A stretch of 63,473 nucleotides of DNA, filler included, from Octopus bimaculoides (Eukaryota): assembly GCF_001194135.2 (NCBI RefSeq). It is 7 parts of 7 records of this genome, joined end to end, with 100 filler letters (N's around TTAATTAATTAA, not from the genome) between each part and the next. Parts side by side here need not be neighbours in the genome. Positions count along the whole stretch, not along the records: positions 16,138 to 31,059 come from NC_068991.1; positions 31,160 to 33,674 come from NC_068981.1; positions 33,775 to 45,393 come from NC_069002.1; 4 more parts are not named here. One strand, written 5' to 3'. The translations under genes and the position numbers were made by a program. This document shows, in pieces, positions 25,720 through 37,160 of the stretch (positions are counted from its first letter, which is position 1; every line of letters begins with the position of its first letter). Below the pieces are notes generated by a model. That model had not been told where the DNA came from. It saw only the letters and a list, made by a program, of their open reading frames with translations, and searched no databases.

Positions 25720-27000
25720 ATAGAGACCATCTTCCAGAGTCTGGGAACAACTTGGGAGCAAGTGGCATGAACAGTTTCTTTGGAGATTTCATCCTAGCAT
25801 TTTCGCAAATGGTGCTCAAGAGCTCTGAGACTTGTGTGAAAATCAGCACAGGTTTTTCTCTCAAGGATAGACCATATGCCAAAGTCCATTGGATTCAAGT
25901 CACGTGAAGAGGTGCCCAGAATGCCTTGAAATTCTCTTGACATTTTTAGCCGTATGAGATGTTGCGCCATCTTATTGGAGAGTTACATATTCATCCCCTA
26001 TTGCTGCAGTAACCCAAGGGACTACTTTATCCTTTAATACGTCCAAATATACATGTCATGGAGCCTGGTGTTGCCATCCGGTTTCACCAGTCCTCAGTCA
26101 AGTCGTCCAACCCATGCTAGCATGGAAAGCGGACGTTAAACGATGATGATGATGACTTCAATNNNNNNNNNNNNNNNNNNNNNNNNNNNNNNNNNNNNNN
26201 NNNNNNNNNNNNNNNNNNNNNNNNNNNNNNNNNNNNNNNNNNNNNNNNNNNNNNNNNNNNNNNNNNNNNNNNNNNNNNNNNNNNNNNNNNNNNNNNNNNN
26301 NNNNNNNNNNNNNNNNNNNNNNNNNNNNNNNNNNNNNNNNNNNNNNNNNNNNNNNNNNNNNNNNNNNNNNNNNNNNNNNNNNNNNNNNNNNNNNNNNNNN
26401 NNNNNNNNNNNNNNNNNNNNNNNNNNNNNNNNNNNNNNNNNNNNNNNNNNNNNNNNNNNNNNNNNNNNNNNNNNNNNNNNNNNNNNNNNNNNNNNNNNNN
26501 NNNNNNNNNNNNNNNNNNNNNNNNNNNNNNNNNNNNNNNNNNNNNNNNNNNNNNNNNNNNNNNNNNNNNNNNNNNNNNNNNNNNNNNNNNNNNNNNNNNN
26601 NNNNNNNNNNNNNNNNNNNNNNNNNNNNNNNNNNNNNNNNNNNNNNNNNTCATGGAGCCTGGTGTTGCCATCCGGTTTCACCAGTCCTCAGTCAAGTCGT
26701 CCAACCCATGCTAGCATGGAAAGCGGACGTTAAACGATGATGATGATGACTTCAATAAAGATTAGAGGGGTTTTCATGCCATTTGAGGTCACACTCACCC
26801 ACACCATTATGGATGGAGGATTCTGCCATTGAAAGGATAGTATTTGTTAGACAGGAATATTCTCTTTACTTACTGCATATATACAATCATTTTGTGGATT
26901 GTGGCACGTTTGCACACTGAGTAACTTTTCATCTGTGTACAGTATTGGTGGCTGTGTGCCATTTCTCAGCTTTTACAGAAGAAGCTTTGCTCTTTGTGGC
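25720..27000 (-). mobile_element. maT (DD37D-like) transposase remnant interrupted by a SINE-C copy and an N-gap
   Basis: Minus strand ILYTDEK...HNPQND...PPSIMVW (26760-26950), LQ*DGATS (~25970), and SSRDLNPMDFGIWSILE (~25880). Confidence 0.75.
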
Positions 27001-27511
27001 TTCAGACAAAAGATGTGCTTTTGATATCTTTCAGTTCAATTTAACATAAACATTACTTCCTACGATGTGCTCAATTAACCTTATTCACTTGATTTCATAC
27101 TTCTTTGTATATCCATATCATTCATTTACTGCTTTCACTTTATTCAGCAAAAATAAGAGTTATTTATTATGTTCCAAGTTATATTAGTGGCAGTATTCTA
27201 TATCTACGAATTCCATTTGTCCTCTTAAACTTTCTTAGACACATCTAAGATTCTGAAAACAATCCTAGTTCACTTGTTTACGTTCATTGTAAGATGAATC
27301 CAAAACATTTAAATATTCTCCTCTCTCTGCTCTATGACGTATAAATTATTGAACAATATAACATTCTTTTTCATCTCTTGGAAAACCTTTGCACCAACAT
27401 ATATAGAACGTGATTACCGAAGTAAACTTTGGTAATAATATTAACTTAGTCTTTACAAGTAATTCTTACTCCTTCAACCCCTTCTTCTTGCCCCTTTTAT
27501 TTACATCTAAC

Positions 27512-27654
27512 TTGGCGTTAGGAAGGGCATCCAGCTGTAGAAACTCTGCCAAATCAGACTGGAGCCTGGTGTTGCCATCCGGTTTCACCAGTCCTCAGTC
27601 AAATCGTCCAACCCATGCTAGCATGGAAAGCGGACGTTAAACGATGATGATGAT
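27512..27654 (+). mobile_element. Retroposon family C, 3' fragment
   Basis: TTGGCGTTAGGAAGGGCATCC...AAACGATGATGATGA. Confidence 0.85.
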
Positions 27655-28709
27655 TAACAACATAATCTATCTCTGTAGATTAATAGACCACCAATTACCT
27701 TTATTAATTGTCAATCATATAATATCTTACTAATTAATATAAGCATAATTTNNNNNNNNNNNNNNNNNNNNNNNNNNNNNNNNNNNNNNNNNNNNNNNNN
27801 NNNNNNNNNNNNNNNNNNNNNNNNNNNNNNNNNNNNNNNNNNNNNNNNNNNNNNNNNNNNNNNNNNNNNNNNNNNNNNNNNNNNNNNNNNNNNNNNNNNN
27901 NNNNNNNNNNNNNNNNNNNNNNNNNNNNNNNNNNNNNNNNNNNNNNNNNNNNNNNNNNNNNNNNNNNNNNNNNNNNNNNNNNNNNNNNNNNNNNNNNNNN
28001 NNNNNNNNNNNNNNNNNNNNNNNNNNNNNNNNNNNNNNNNNNNNNNNNNNNNNNNNNNNNNNNNNNNNNNNNNNNNNNNNNNNNNNNNNNNNNNNNNNNN
28101 NNNNNNNNNNNNNNNNNNNNNNNNNNNNNNNNNNNNNNNNNNNNNNNNNNNNNNNNNNNNNNNNNNNNNNNNNNNNNNNNNNNNNNNNNNNNNNNNNNNN
28201 NNNNNNNNNNNNNNNNNNNNNNNNNNNNNNNNNNNNNNNNNNNNNNNNNNNNNNNNNNNNNNNNNNNNNNNNNNNNNNNNNNNNNNNNNNNNNNNNNNNN
28301 NNNNNNNNNNNNNNNNNNNNNNNNNNNNNNNNNNNNNNNNNNNNNNNNNNNNNNNNNNNNNNNNNNNNNNNNNNNNNNNNNNNNNNNNNNNNNNNNNNNN
28401 NNNNNNNNNNNNNNNNNNNNNNNNNNNNNNNNNNNNNNNNNNNNNNNNNNNNNNNNNNNNNNNNNNNNNNNNNNNNNNNNNNNNNNNNNNNNNNNNNNNN
28501 NNNNNNNNNNNNNNNNNNNNNNNNNNNNNNNNNNNNNNNNNNNNNNNNNNNNNNNNNNNNNNNNNNNNNNNNNNNNNNNNNNNNNNNNNNNNNNNNNNNN
28601 NNNNNNNNNNNNNNNNNNNNNNNNNNNNNNNNNNNNNNNNNNNNNNNNNNNNNNNNNNNNNNNNNNNNNNNNNNNNNNNNNNNNNNNNNNNNNNNNNNNN
28701 NNNNNNNNN

Positions 28710-28752
<43 letters not shown>

Positions 28753-28896
28753 TGATGTGTCTATGAATATTTCTTTTTTGCATGTGTATATATGTGTGTG
28801 TGTGAAAGTTTATACACACATACGTACACAGACACACACATATACATTGTTAAAACTAATTATTTCTGTTCTTATTCTTATATTTATTACCTACAG

Positions 28897-28983
28897 CAAT
28901 CATCCAGTCGAGGTAATATACAAAACAGCAACCAATATTACGCAAATGACCGGTCTTATACAAGGGGAACAAATATGGATGAA
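28897..28983 (+). CDS. Probable upstream low-complexity exon of the TRPT1-like gene
   Basis: ttattacctacag|CAA...GAA|gtaagt, 87 nt, phase 0-0. QSSSRGNIQNSNQYYANDRSYTRGTNMDE splices in frame to 30230. Confidence 0.65.
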
Positions 28984-29609
28984 GTAAGTACCATGTATTA
29001 AGATTAATCAATATGAAATGCCATTTATAAGTCAGTTTTCCACCATTGACCCATTAGTGTTTAAACTAGCCATATCCATCTCAAATATTCCAGCTGCTAT
29101 ATGTGAAAACTGGCCAGAACTGTCCTCTTACATTTATCCTACAATGTAATTTTAAAAATAAACAATCACATCATCAAAAGCCCAAAGCTATGAGATAATG
29201 CATAGTTAACTGAAAACATGAATAAATATGCATTACATTTGGCAGAATAATTTGTATGCTAAAGGGTTAAATGTAAGTCATAAGTATCTAATGATGCAGT
29301 AATTTGATATTAAACAACCTTTGCTTTAACGTTTGTCATTCTGCCTTAGCATTCTTCTTTTTTGTTCAATTCAAGGTCAGCTCAGGTGCACAGACTTGTA
29401 ATAAAGGTATTCTAGCCACTATCTCACATATTTAAACATAGTGTATCTCAAATGACTTTACTAAATGTATCCTTTGTGAGTGCTTTTTCATTATTTTTTT
29501 TCTGATTGTTTTTATAGAAAATGATTTTATAGTTTAGCTAGTTAATAAATCTCTATAAGAGATGAAAGCAGTAACTATACTGAGGAGTAATGATAATTAC
29601 CACTTGAGC

Positions 29610-29865
29610 AAGACTGGCTCCTGTGCAGGTGGCACGTAAAATACACCATTTCGAGCGTGACCGTTGCCAGTACCTCTTGACTGGCCTTTGTGCCGGTGGC
29701 ACGTAAGAGCACCCACTACACTCTCTGAGTGGTTGGCGTTAGGAAGGGCATCCAGCTGTAGAAACTCTGCCAAATCAGATTGGAGCCTGGTGTAGCCATC
29801 TGGTTCACCAATCCTCAGTCAAATCGTCCAACCCATGCAAGCATGGAAAGCGGACGTTAAACGAC

Positions 29866-29905
<40 letters not shown>
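29610..29905 (+). mobile_element. Retroposon family C copy with long (GAT)n tail
   Basis: Matches 18760-19023. Confidence 0.85.
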
Positions 29906-29907
<2 letters not shown>

Positions 29908-30229
29908 TATAATAATGATGAGTGTATTGTGTACAGTGCTCAGGTGCACTATACCTCATTCGTAAAGGAAAGGACAGAAAAGCGACAAAAAAAATCAAGT
30001 CAAAGAAAAACAGCTATAATTGTCAACAGTGTATAGTAAAAGAGCCATGGGAAAATGTATATAAAATGACAGAGGGATCAAGTCTGTGGTAAATAGCTTG
30101 ATGCCATTTCTTGTGCCAACATTTTTAGACTCTTAGAACAGACATTAATATGATCTACTTATTTTTTAAAAAGGGTAGAAAGCAGGATACACACAATACT
30201 ACTGGTTATATATATTTATTCATTTGCAG

Positions 30230-30311
30230 GTAGATCAACAATATCTTTCAAGGCAATTATCTTTAATCTTGCGGCACAAAGCACGAGATATGAAACTTCA
30301 TATAGATAGTG
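30230..30311 (+). CDS. TRPT1: tRNA 2'-phosphotransferase (Tpt1/KptA family) first domain exon
   Basis: tatttattcatttgcag|GTA...AGT G|gtaagt, 82 nt, phase 0 to 1. VDQQYLSRQLSLILRHKARDMKLHIDS aligns ungapped to the Tpt1 N-terminal motif LSKxLSxxLRHxAxxxGL (human DRDVQLSKALSYALRHGALKLGLPMGA, recalled from memory). Downstream exons are not visible before the linker at 31060. Confidence 0.75.
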
Positions 30312-30579
30312 GTAAGTTTAAATTCTTTATGACCAACAATAAAGTCTAATTTGTTAGTAGACTAATAGTTGAATTTATAGAAATACAACATATTTCCCTG
30401 AGCTGAAGGTTGTGTGTATGTATATATATATATATATATATATACATGTGTATAAATACATATGTATGTACATACATATGCATGTGTGTATGTAGGTATG
30501 AAGGTGTGAAAATGTGGGGATGGGAATTGGTCAGTACTGGTGTGTGCGTGATGGTATGAATATATAATTAAGAGAAAAG

Positions 30580-30688
30580 AACCAAAGTTCATGAATTCAT
30601 CCATGAAAATCCATAGTCACATATAGAAAAAATTAATATGTACATACACGATAAATAAGTATAATAAAATACAAAGTAAAAATCATAA

Positions 30689-30720
<32 letters not shown>

Positions 30721-30872
30721 TTTATTAATAATATTATTTTATGAATAATTATTAATAATATTATTTTATGATTTTTACTTTGTATTTTATTATACTTATT
30801 TATCGTGTATTTACTTATTAATTTTTTCTATATATGACTGGATTTTCATAGATGAATTCATGAACTTTGGTT
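30580..30872. repeat. Near-perfect inverted repeat (about 115-bp arms, AAT/ATT spacer)
   Basis: AACCAAAGTTCATGAATTCATC... at 30580 and ...GATGAATTCATGAACTTTGGTT ending at 30872. Confidence 0.9.
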
Positions 30873-32444
30873 ATATTATATACTATGAAACTTCATTTAA
30901 TTTTTAATTTTTGATAAATTAAATTTAATTGAGTTTTTACCTGTAAATTTGGATTTTATCCCTGATATTATTATCATTATATATTTATATGTATAAATAT
31001 ATAGAATGTTCTCTATGTGGCTCGTGTGTTCTCGTCTACGTTTGTTTGCAATGTCCTGTNNNNNNNNNNNNNNNNNNNNNNNNNNNNNNNNNNNNNNNNN
31101 NNNTTAATTAATTAANNNNNNNNNNNNNNNNNNNNNNNNNNNNNNNNNNNNNNNNNNNNTATATGCAAACATACGTAGTTACAGATATACACATACATGT
31201 CTATGTGTGAGTGTGTGTAATATGTGTGGGAGGGGTGGTGAGAGTGTTGTAGCAGTGAGTATTGAAGTCAGTCCCGGTTAACCATATATTCAAAAGTTTG
31301 ACCCACACCTTTGGCCTAGGTAAGTGGCTTGGGTCATAGCTTCAGACCGTTCTAAGACTTGCGAATGAAATTGGTATATCATCTTATTTTCCTGTCTATA
31401 ACTATCTGAAATGATGCACATATCTGAGGAAAACTCAGTCAATTACATTATAATTCAATGATTAGGCCTTTGAATTAGTCGAATACCAGCCGGGACAGTT
31501 ATTATTGGAACTCACAGATTTAATTTTCTTGCCATCCGAAACCTGAAATCCCCCTTTAGTCTAAATGATTAATGAAATCTACAAACATATACCACCGTGT
31601 TTCTCTCGCGTGAATATTCTAGAAATAGACAAGATGCAATTTCCAGAACACATGTTGGACCCTTATATAAATCCCTATAAAAGTATATTTGTCGAGCAGC
31701 GATAAGTATCATATTTGATGGCATAAAAATGCACAAGCGTATTTAACGGACCACAATTTTATCAGCGCAATAAACAATTTTAGTTCATTAAAGAATGTAT
31801 ACTGGGTCAACTTCATATGGAAGGACCCCAGGTGAATTTTGAGACTCTTTAAAAACAAAAAGACAGAATCATGTCTTATATGCCATCAAATACAGTAATA
31901 ATGTATTTGCATCTATAAGTATGCATTTCCTATATTTTTGTCATTGTTTAACTCTTTAACTTGTTTCATATCGACAGCAGCGGTCATGCTGGGGCACTAT
32001 AAAATTTCTTTTTTCTTTTCTTAGAAATTATGTAACGAACAAAATTTATTTTTTCCCGAGAAGAACAGCATACGCAAGCGCACACATACTCTTGCGCATA
32101 CACATCCCCACTGTTGCTACTTGACAGGGATTGATTATTAAAAAAATCCTTATTCTCTTTTTTATTCAATTATTAATATTACATAATTATCCATTGAGTG
32201 TCGGATTTCTGTCACCATAATACATATTCTCGTGCCAGAAATTGAAAGGCCTTGTAATTTATGTGTGTTCGTATTCGTATAACAAATTACAGCATATATC
32301 GTGAACATGAAAATTTTAAATGAAAGAACAAAATGTAATTTCATACAACATCCGAGGACTTTCTCTATAGTTCTGAACCCAATAAAAATGTTGAGTGATA
32401 GAATGTAAAGGGTGAAAGGTTAATTTCTCGCAGTATTTACTACC

Positions 32445-32830
32445 GTGACTTTATATCATTGTCAGCCAGGTGCCTTCCCTTTAGCGAGGTCGACTTGCAA
32501 AGACTCCCTGTTCCCCTCTGTTTTGTGCTGCATGTATAAAATGAGCCAGGCTCTTTATTTCCAATCCTTTCTTTCATGTATCTTTCAACAAACATCTTTA
32601 ACGGCCAAATGCTCTTTTCCCCTCCGTAAATTTTGCCAGCATCGTCATGGGCAGTAAACCATGGCACATCGTTGATATGATAATTTTGTAAGCTTGATTC
32701 CCGACAATAGGCGTCTTTAGACTTTCAGCTTTTCTAGTACTGCAGCATTTGTTAGTCTTTCTTTCCAACCGATTCTGCCCAATCTGTGAAAGATCCACAT
32801 GTCAAAGGCTTCTATCTTTTCCTTCATTAT
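32445..32830 (-). mobile_element. RTE-type LINE 3' fragment
   Basis: Minus strand KIEAFDMWIFHRLGRIGWKERLTNAAVLEKLK*RRLL, typical of the RTE C-terminal region. Confidence 0.7.
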
Positions 32831-33012
32831 TATGTACATACACCAAGTTTCTACTCCATGAGATAAAAACTGGGTATAATATAATAGTTCTTTGTATCAA
32901 TTTTAGGTGCAGTGTTAGGTGCAGTGCTGGGTGCAATTTTAGGTGCAGGCGGAGATCTTTTTCATTCCAATATTTATTCTTTGAATATAAGGCTGCGAAC
33001 TGGCAGAATTGT

Positions 33013-33505
33013 TAGCATGCCGGGTAAAATACTTAGCGGCATTTCGTCCGTCTTTGCGTTCTGAGTTCAGATTCTGCCGCGGTCCACTTTACTTTTCATC
33101 CTTCCGGACTTGATAAAATAAATAACGCTTGAGCACTGGGGTCGATGTAATAGACTTACCCCTCCCCCGGAATTGCTGGCCTTGTACCAAGATTTGAAAT
33201 CAATATTTATTCTTTGAGTGACTTCTCGATTTTTTGTTTATCCTAAATATTTGAAGTCTTTACTTGTGCAAGTCTCTGTACATCTTCTTTATATTTACCA
33301 CTGTATACCAACGTGTTTATATATTTTTTTCAAGTTCATCGAGGTCGATCAAATGAGTACCAGAATAATATATTTGGGGTCAATAAAAAAAGTACCATTT
33401 GAGTAATTTCGGGGTCGATAAAATAAGTGCCACCTGAATACTGGGGTCGATGTAATCGATTAGTCCCCTCCCAAAAAATTTCAGGCCTTGTGCCTATAGT
33501 AGACA
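33013..33505 (+). mobile_element. SINE family B, two diverged copies
   Basis: TGGCAGAATTGTTAGCATGCCGGG...GAGTTCAGATT and a second GGGGTCGAT-containing 3' part followed by (ATT)n. Confidence 0.75.
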
Positions 33506-33538
33506 GGATTATTATTATCATTATTATTATTATTATTC

Positions 33539-33598
<60 letters not shown>
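33505..33598. repeat. (ATT)n microsatellite
   Basis: Seen directly in the sequence. Confidence 0.95.
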
Positions 33599-33600
<2 letters not shown>

Positions 33601-33774
33601 TAGTTTTATTTTTATTTTTATAACGTGCTTTCACTTCACTACCGAGCGCAGCTCTGTGCACCTTGGGTATGTGCNNNNNNNNNNNNNNNNNNNNNNNNNN
33701 NNNNNNNNNNNNNNNNNNTTAATTAATTAANNNNNNNNNNNNNNNNNNNNNNNNNNNNNNNNNNNNNNNNNNNN

Positions 33775-33980
33775 ACGCAGACACACACATAGGTACACAC
33801 AGACACACATAGAAACACGCAGACACACACATAGACACACGCAGACACACACATAGGTACACACAGACACACATAGAAACACGCAGACACACACATAGAC
33901 ACACGCAGACACACACATAGACACACGCAGACACACACATGGACACACACAGACACACACATAGACACACGCAGACACAC
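33775..33980. repeat. CA-rich minisatellite (ACGCAGACACACACATAG-type units) upstream of hephaestin-like exon 1
   Basis: Seen directly in the sequence. Confidence 0.85.
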
Positions 33981-34078
33981 AGAAAGAGCGGCTTGTCTGT
34001 CAACGCAAATACATTCTCACGTAGCCATACACATACATACAAACACATATCACACACAAACACATACACACTCACACT

Positions 34079-34112
<34 letters not shown>

Positions 34113-34238
34113 CATGCCCGTAAACACAAATACATTCTTACGCCGGCATACACATACACACACCGAAAGACGACACGCTAATGCAAACGGCCTGACGGTT
34201 TAGATTTAAACCTGGAGCGAGACACCTTCTTTGCCATT

Positions 34239-34372
34239 ATGATTTTGTTCTATCTCTTGTCATTGGCTGTGGAGTGTGTTTCTGCTATCAACCGACATTA
34301 CTATTTGGCAGCGACAGAGGTGGATTGGGACTACGCTCCTCTTGGAAACGATGTGACGGCAGCTAACGCCAC
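34239..34372 (+). CDS. HEPH: Hephaestin/ceruloplasmin-like multicopper oxidase, coding exon 1 (signal peptide + start of domain 1)
   Basis: ATG 34239 gives MILFYLLSLAVECVSAINRHYYLAATEVDWDYAPLGNDVTAANA + AC|GTAAG (phase 2). Hydrophobic signal peptide plus the RHYY...WDYAP family N-terminus. Missed by the ORF track. Orthology among CP/HEPH/HEPHL1 cannot be resolved from this sequence. Confidence 0.9.
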
Positions 34373-34690
34373 GTAAGTTCTATGATTCGAACTTGTAAAC
34401 TCATCTTTAGCTTACCTATGACATATGTAATTTTCTAGATTTTGTATCGGGATTCTAGAAGCAGTAGTGTCAGGAATTAGGATTTCAACGAGAGACAGTT
34501 AATGTTTCAGAAACATTACTGACATTGAAAATGGCAAAGGTGTATCTGTAAGTCGATGCGGAACAAATATCGTAAGGGACATTGTTCTAGAATTAATATC
34601 TTTTCTATTACACTTTCCGATTTTTAATTCCTTCATTTGCGCACATACACAGACAAACACAGACAAACACACGCGTGCGCAAGTATGCGC

Positions 34691-34757
<67 letters not shown>

Positions 34758-35011
34758 AATGTGTGTGTTTTGTGTATGTAATAAGATTCTTTAAAATTGT
34801 GGCAATATTCGGCACTGGATACTGAAGCACATTAAGTCATAAATAATAGCATTAACATATTGAGTTTAAAATCTTTTATTTTAAACCCTCCTATATAGCA
34901 GCATTAATTCTAGTTTCTAAGCACTCGCCTTTCCCACTCTGTTATTATTATTATCTTGTAATTTACTAATCATTGTTTCTCTGTCTCTCGCACGCTTGTC
35001 CCAAGCTTCTA

Positions 35012-35047
35012 TTTTCTGATGAAAGATTAACGTCCGAAACGTCAAAC
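35012..35047 (+). ncRNA. Degenerate minimal hammerhead motif
   Basis: TTTT-CTGATGA-AAGATTAACGTCC-GAAAC-GTC-AAAC. Core intact, stem II eroded. Confidence 0.4.
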
Positions 35048-35509
35048 ATTGTATTCCAACTAACAAGCGCATTAAGCTGAAGCCATATGTGTTTAAGTTT
35101 ATTTCTACTGTGTTGTTCATTCTATACTCATTGCTTTTACACAATATACATACAAGTATATACATATATCTATTCATTTACTCATATACGTATGCATATA
35201 TATATGTGTGTATGTGTGTGTTTATGCATGTATGTATGTATGTATGTATGTATCTCTAACCCAAAAGATGACTATATATATACTTTTATTAATATTTAGC
35301 AGAAGTAATAGAGTGACTCAAGATCCGAGAATTTCGTGCGTTGGCACTTGTACATATTCATGTATGAATATATAAATGCATACATACATATAAATGTGTA
35401 CGTGCACCTATGTGCACGCGTGTGTGCGTGTGAGAGTGTGTGTGTGCACGTGTGTGTAAGTACATGTGCATGTTCGATGTACGTTAATTGTTTGATCTCT
35501 TAATTTCAG

Positions 35510-35754
35510 GGATGCCGGAATATTTTTAAAACATGGCACAAACCGTATAGGGCACATTTACATGAAAGCTATTTATAAAGAATACACAGATGATACGTTT
35601 TCCGTGGAACGAACCAAACCAGGTTGGCTTGGAATTGTGGGACCGATTCTTCATGGAGAACTTGGAGATACTGTTTATGTTCACTTCTGGAACCGAGCCA
35701 GACGCCATTATTCCGTCCACCCCCACGGTATACGATACACCAAAGGGAATGAAG
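35510..35754 (+). CDS. HEPH: Hephaestin-like exon 2
   Basis: ttcag|G...GAA G|gtaaga, phase 2 to 1, 245 nt. DAGIFLKHGTNRIGHIYMKAIYKEYTDDTF...GIVGPILHGELGD...SVHPHGIRYTKGNE contains the HxH trinuclear Cu ligand motif (HPHG). Confidence 0.95.
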
Positions 35755-35799
35755 GTAAGAATGTACACACACACACATACACACATGCTTTTATTCTTG

Positions 35800-35965
35800 A
35801 TCAGTCATTTGATTGCGGCCATGCTGAAGCACTGCCTTTAGTCGAACACATGGACCCCAGGACTTATTCTTTGCAAGCCTTAATCTATCGATATGTCTTT
35901 TGCCGAACCGCTGATTTACGGGGACGTAAACACACCAGCATCGGTTTCAAGCGATTGTGGGTGGA
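35800..35965 (-). mobile_element. SINE family A, 3' part
   Basis: Matches 13200-13350. Confidence 0.75.
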
Positions 35966-36037
35966 CAAACACAGACACGCAAATATACACATACATACAT
36001 ACGTGCGCGCGTACACACACACACACACACACACACA

Positions 36038-36270
36038 GGCGGCGAGCTGGCAGAAACGTTAGCACACCGGGCGAAATGCTTAGCCGTATTTCGTCTGCCC
36101 CTACGTTCTGAGTTCAAATTCCGCCGAGGTCGACTTTGCCTTTCATCCTTTCGGGGTCGATTAAATAAGTACCAGTTACGCACTAAGGTCGATATAATCG
36201 ACTTAATCCGTGTTTGTCTGTCCTTGTTTGTCCCCTCTGTGTGTAGCCCCTTGTGGGTAGTAAAGAAATA
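36038..36270 (+). mobile_element. SINE family B, full-length copy
   Basis: GGCGGCGAGCTGGCAGAAACG...CCCCTTGTGGGTAGTAAAGAAATA. Confidence 0.9.
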
Positions 36271-36527
36271 ACACACACGCACATATATATATTTATTTAT
36301 ACATACGACGGGCTTCTTTCTGTTTCCGTCTACCAAATCCAATCCCAAGCAGAATGACACATTCAAATATGAATTGGAAGAAGTTCGAGGTATATAAACA
36401 AAATCGAATACATGTACTGAAGGAGTATGCGTTGATAGTTCGTTGGTCGGCTGTATTATAGGCGTAAAAGAATAGATTCACAATGAGCCTGATGTTAAAA
36501 ACACCTGAAAGTAAGTCACAGGTAAGC

Positions 36528-36576
36528 GAGAAATTGAAAAGTCACAACAATGACGAAACATCGATGTCTTTTTCTC
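36528..36576 (+). ncRNA. Degenerate hammerhead motif inside a small inverted-repeat element
   Basis: GAGAAA-TTGAAAA-GTCA[CAACAA]TGAC-GAA-ACATCGATGT-C-TTTTTCTC. Stems are retained but the core has two substitutions relative to CTGANGA. Confidence 0.45.
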
Positions 36577-36754
36577 CGAGAACAGGATCTGATGTGAGTT
36601 GTCTCGCTTGCCAATGACTTACTTTCTGGTGTTTTAAACACCAGGTGCATTGAGCGTATATTCTCTTATGCCTAAAAGGTAGCGGGCCCACAAACTAACA
36701 ACACACTCACCTTCTGTATGTGTGTTCGATTTTGTCTATACTTATATATTTATA

Positions 36755-37100
36755 GACGCAGGAGTGGCTGTGTGATATGATATGTAGCTTGCTTACCAAC
36801 AACATGGCTCCGAGTTCAGTTCCACTGTGTGGCACCTTGTGAGTGGATTTCGTAGACGGAAAATGAAAGAAGTCCGTCGTATATACAAATATGTGTGTGT
36901 GTGTGTGTTTGTGTGCGTTTGTCCTCCCAACATCGCTTGACGACCGATGCTGGTGTGTTCACGTGCCCGTAACTTAGCGGTTCGTCAAAAGATACCGATA
37001 AAATAGGTACTAGGCTTAAAAAGAATAAGTTCTAGGGTCGATTTGCTCGACCAAAGGCGGTGCTCCATCATGGCCGCAGTCAAAGGACTGAAACAGGTTT
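36755..37100 (+). mobile_element. SINE family A, full-length copy
   Basis: GACGCAGGAGTGGCTGTGTG head, internal TG repeat and 3' part. Confidence 0.85.
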
Positions 37101-37123
37101 AAAGAATAAAAGAGTCTCCGTAT

Positions 37124-37160
37124 TCTTTCTGTTGAAGAGCGTAGCTCGAAACGTCAAAGA
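37124..37160 (+). ncRNA. Degenerate minimal hammerhead motif in a Penelope-LTR-like fragment
   Basis: TCTTT-CTGTTGA-A-GAGC[GTA]GCTC-GAAAC-GTC-AAAGA. 5-bp stem I and 4-bp stem II; core A6 is replaced by T. Confidence 0.5.

Noticed and set aside
26057-26755. Direct repeat of a family C 3' end flanking a gap (LTR-like)
   Set aside because: The two copies are identical and abut the same N-gap, most likely an unmerged contig overlap.
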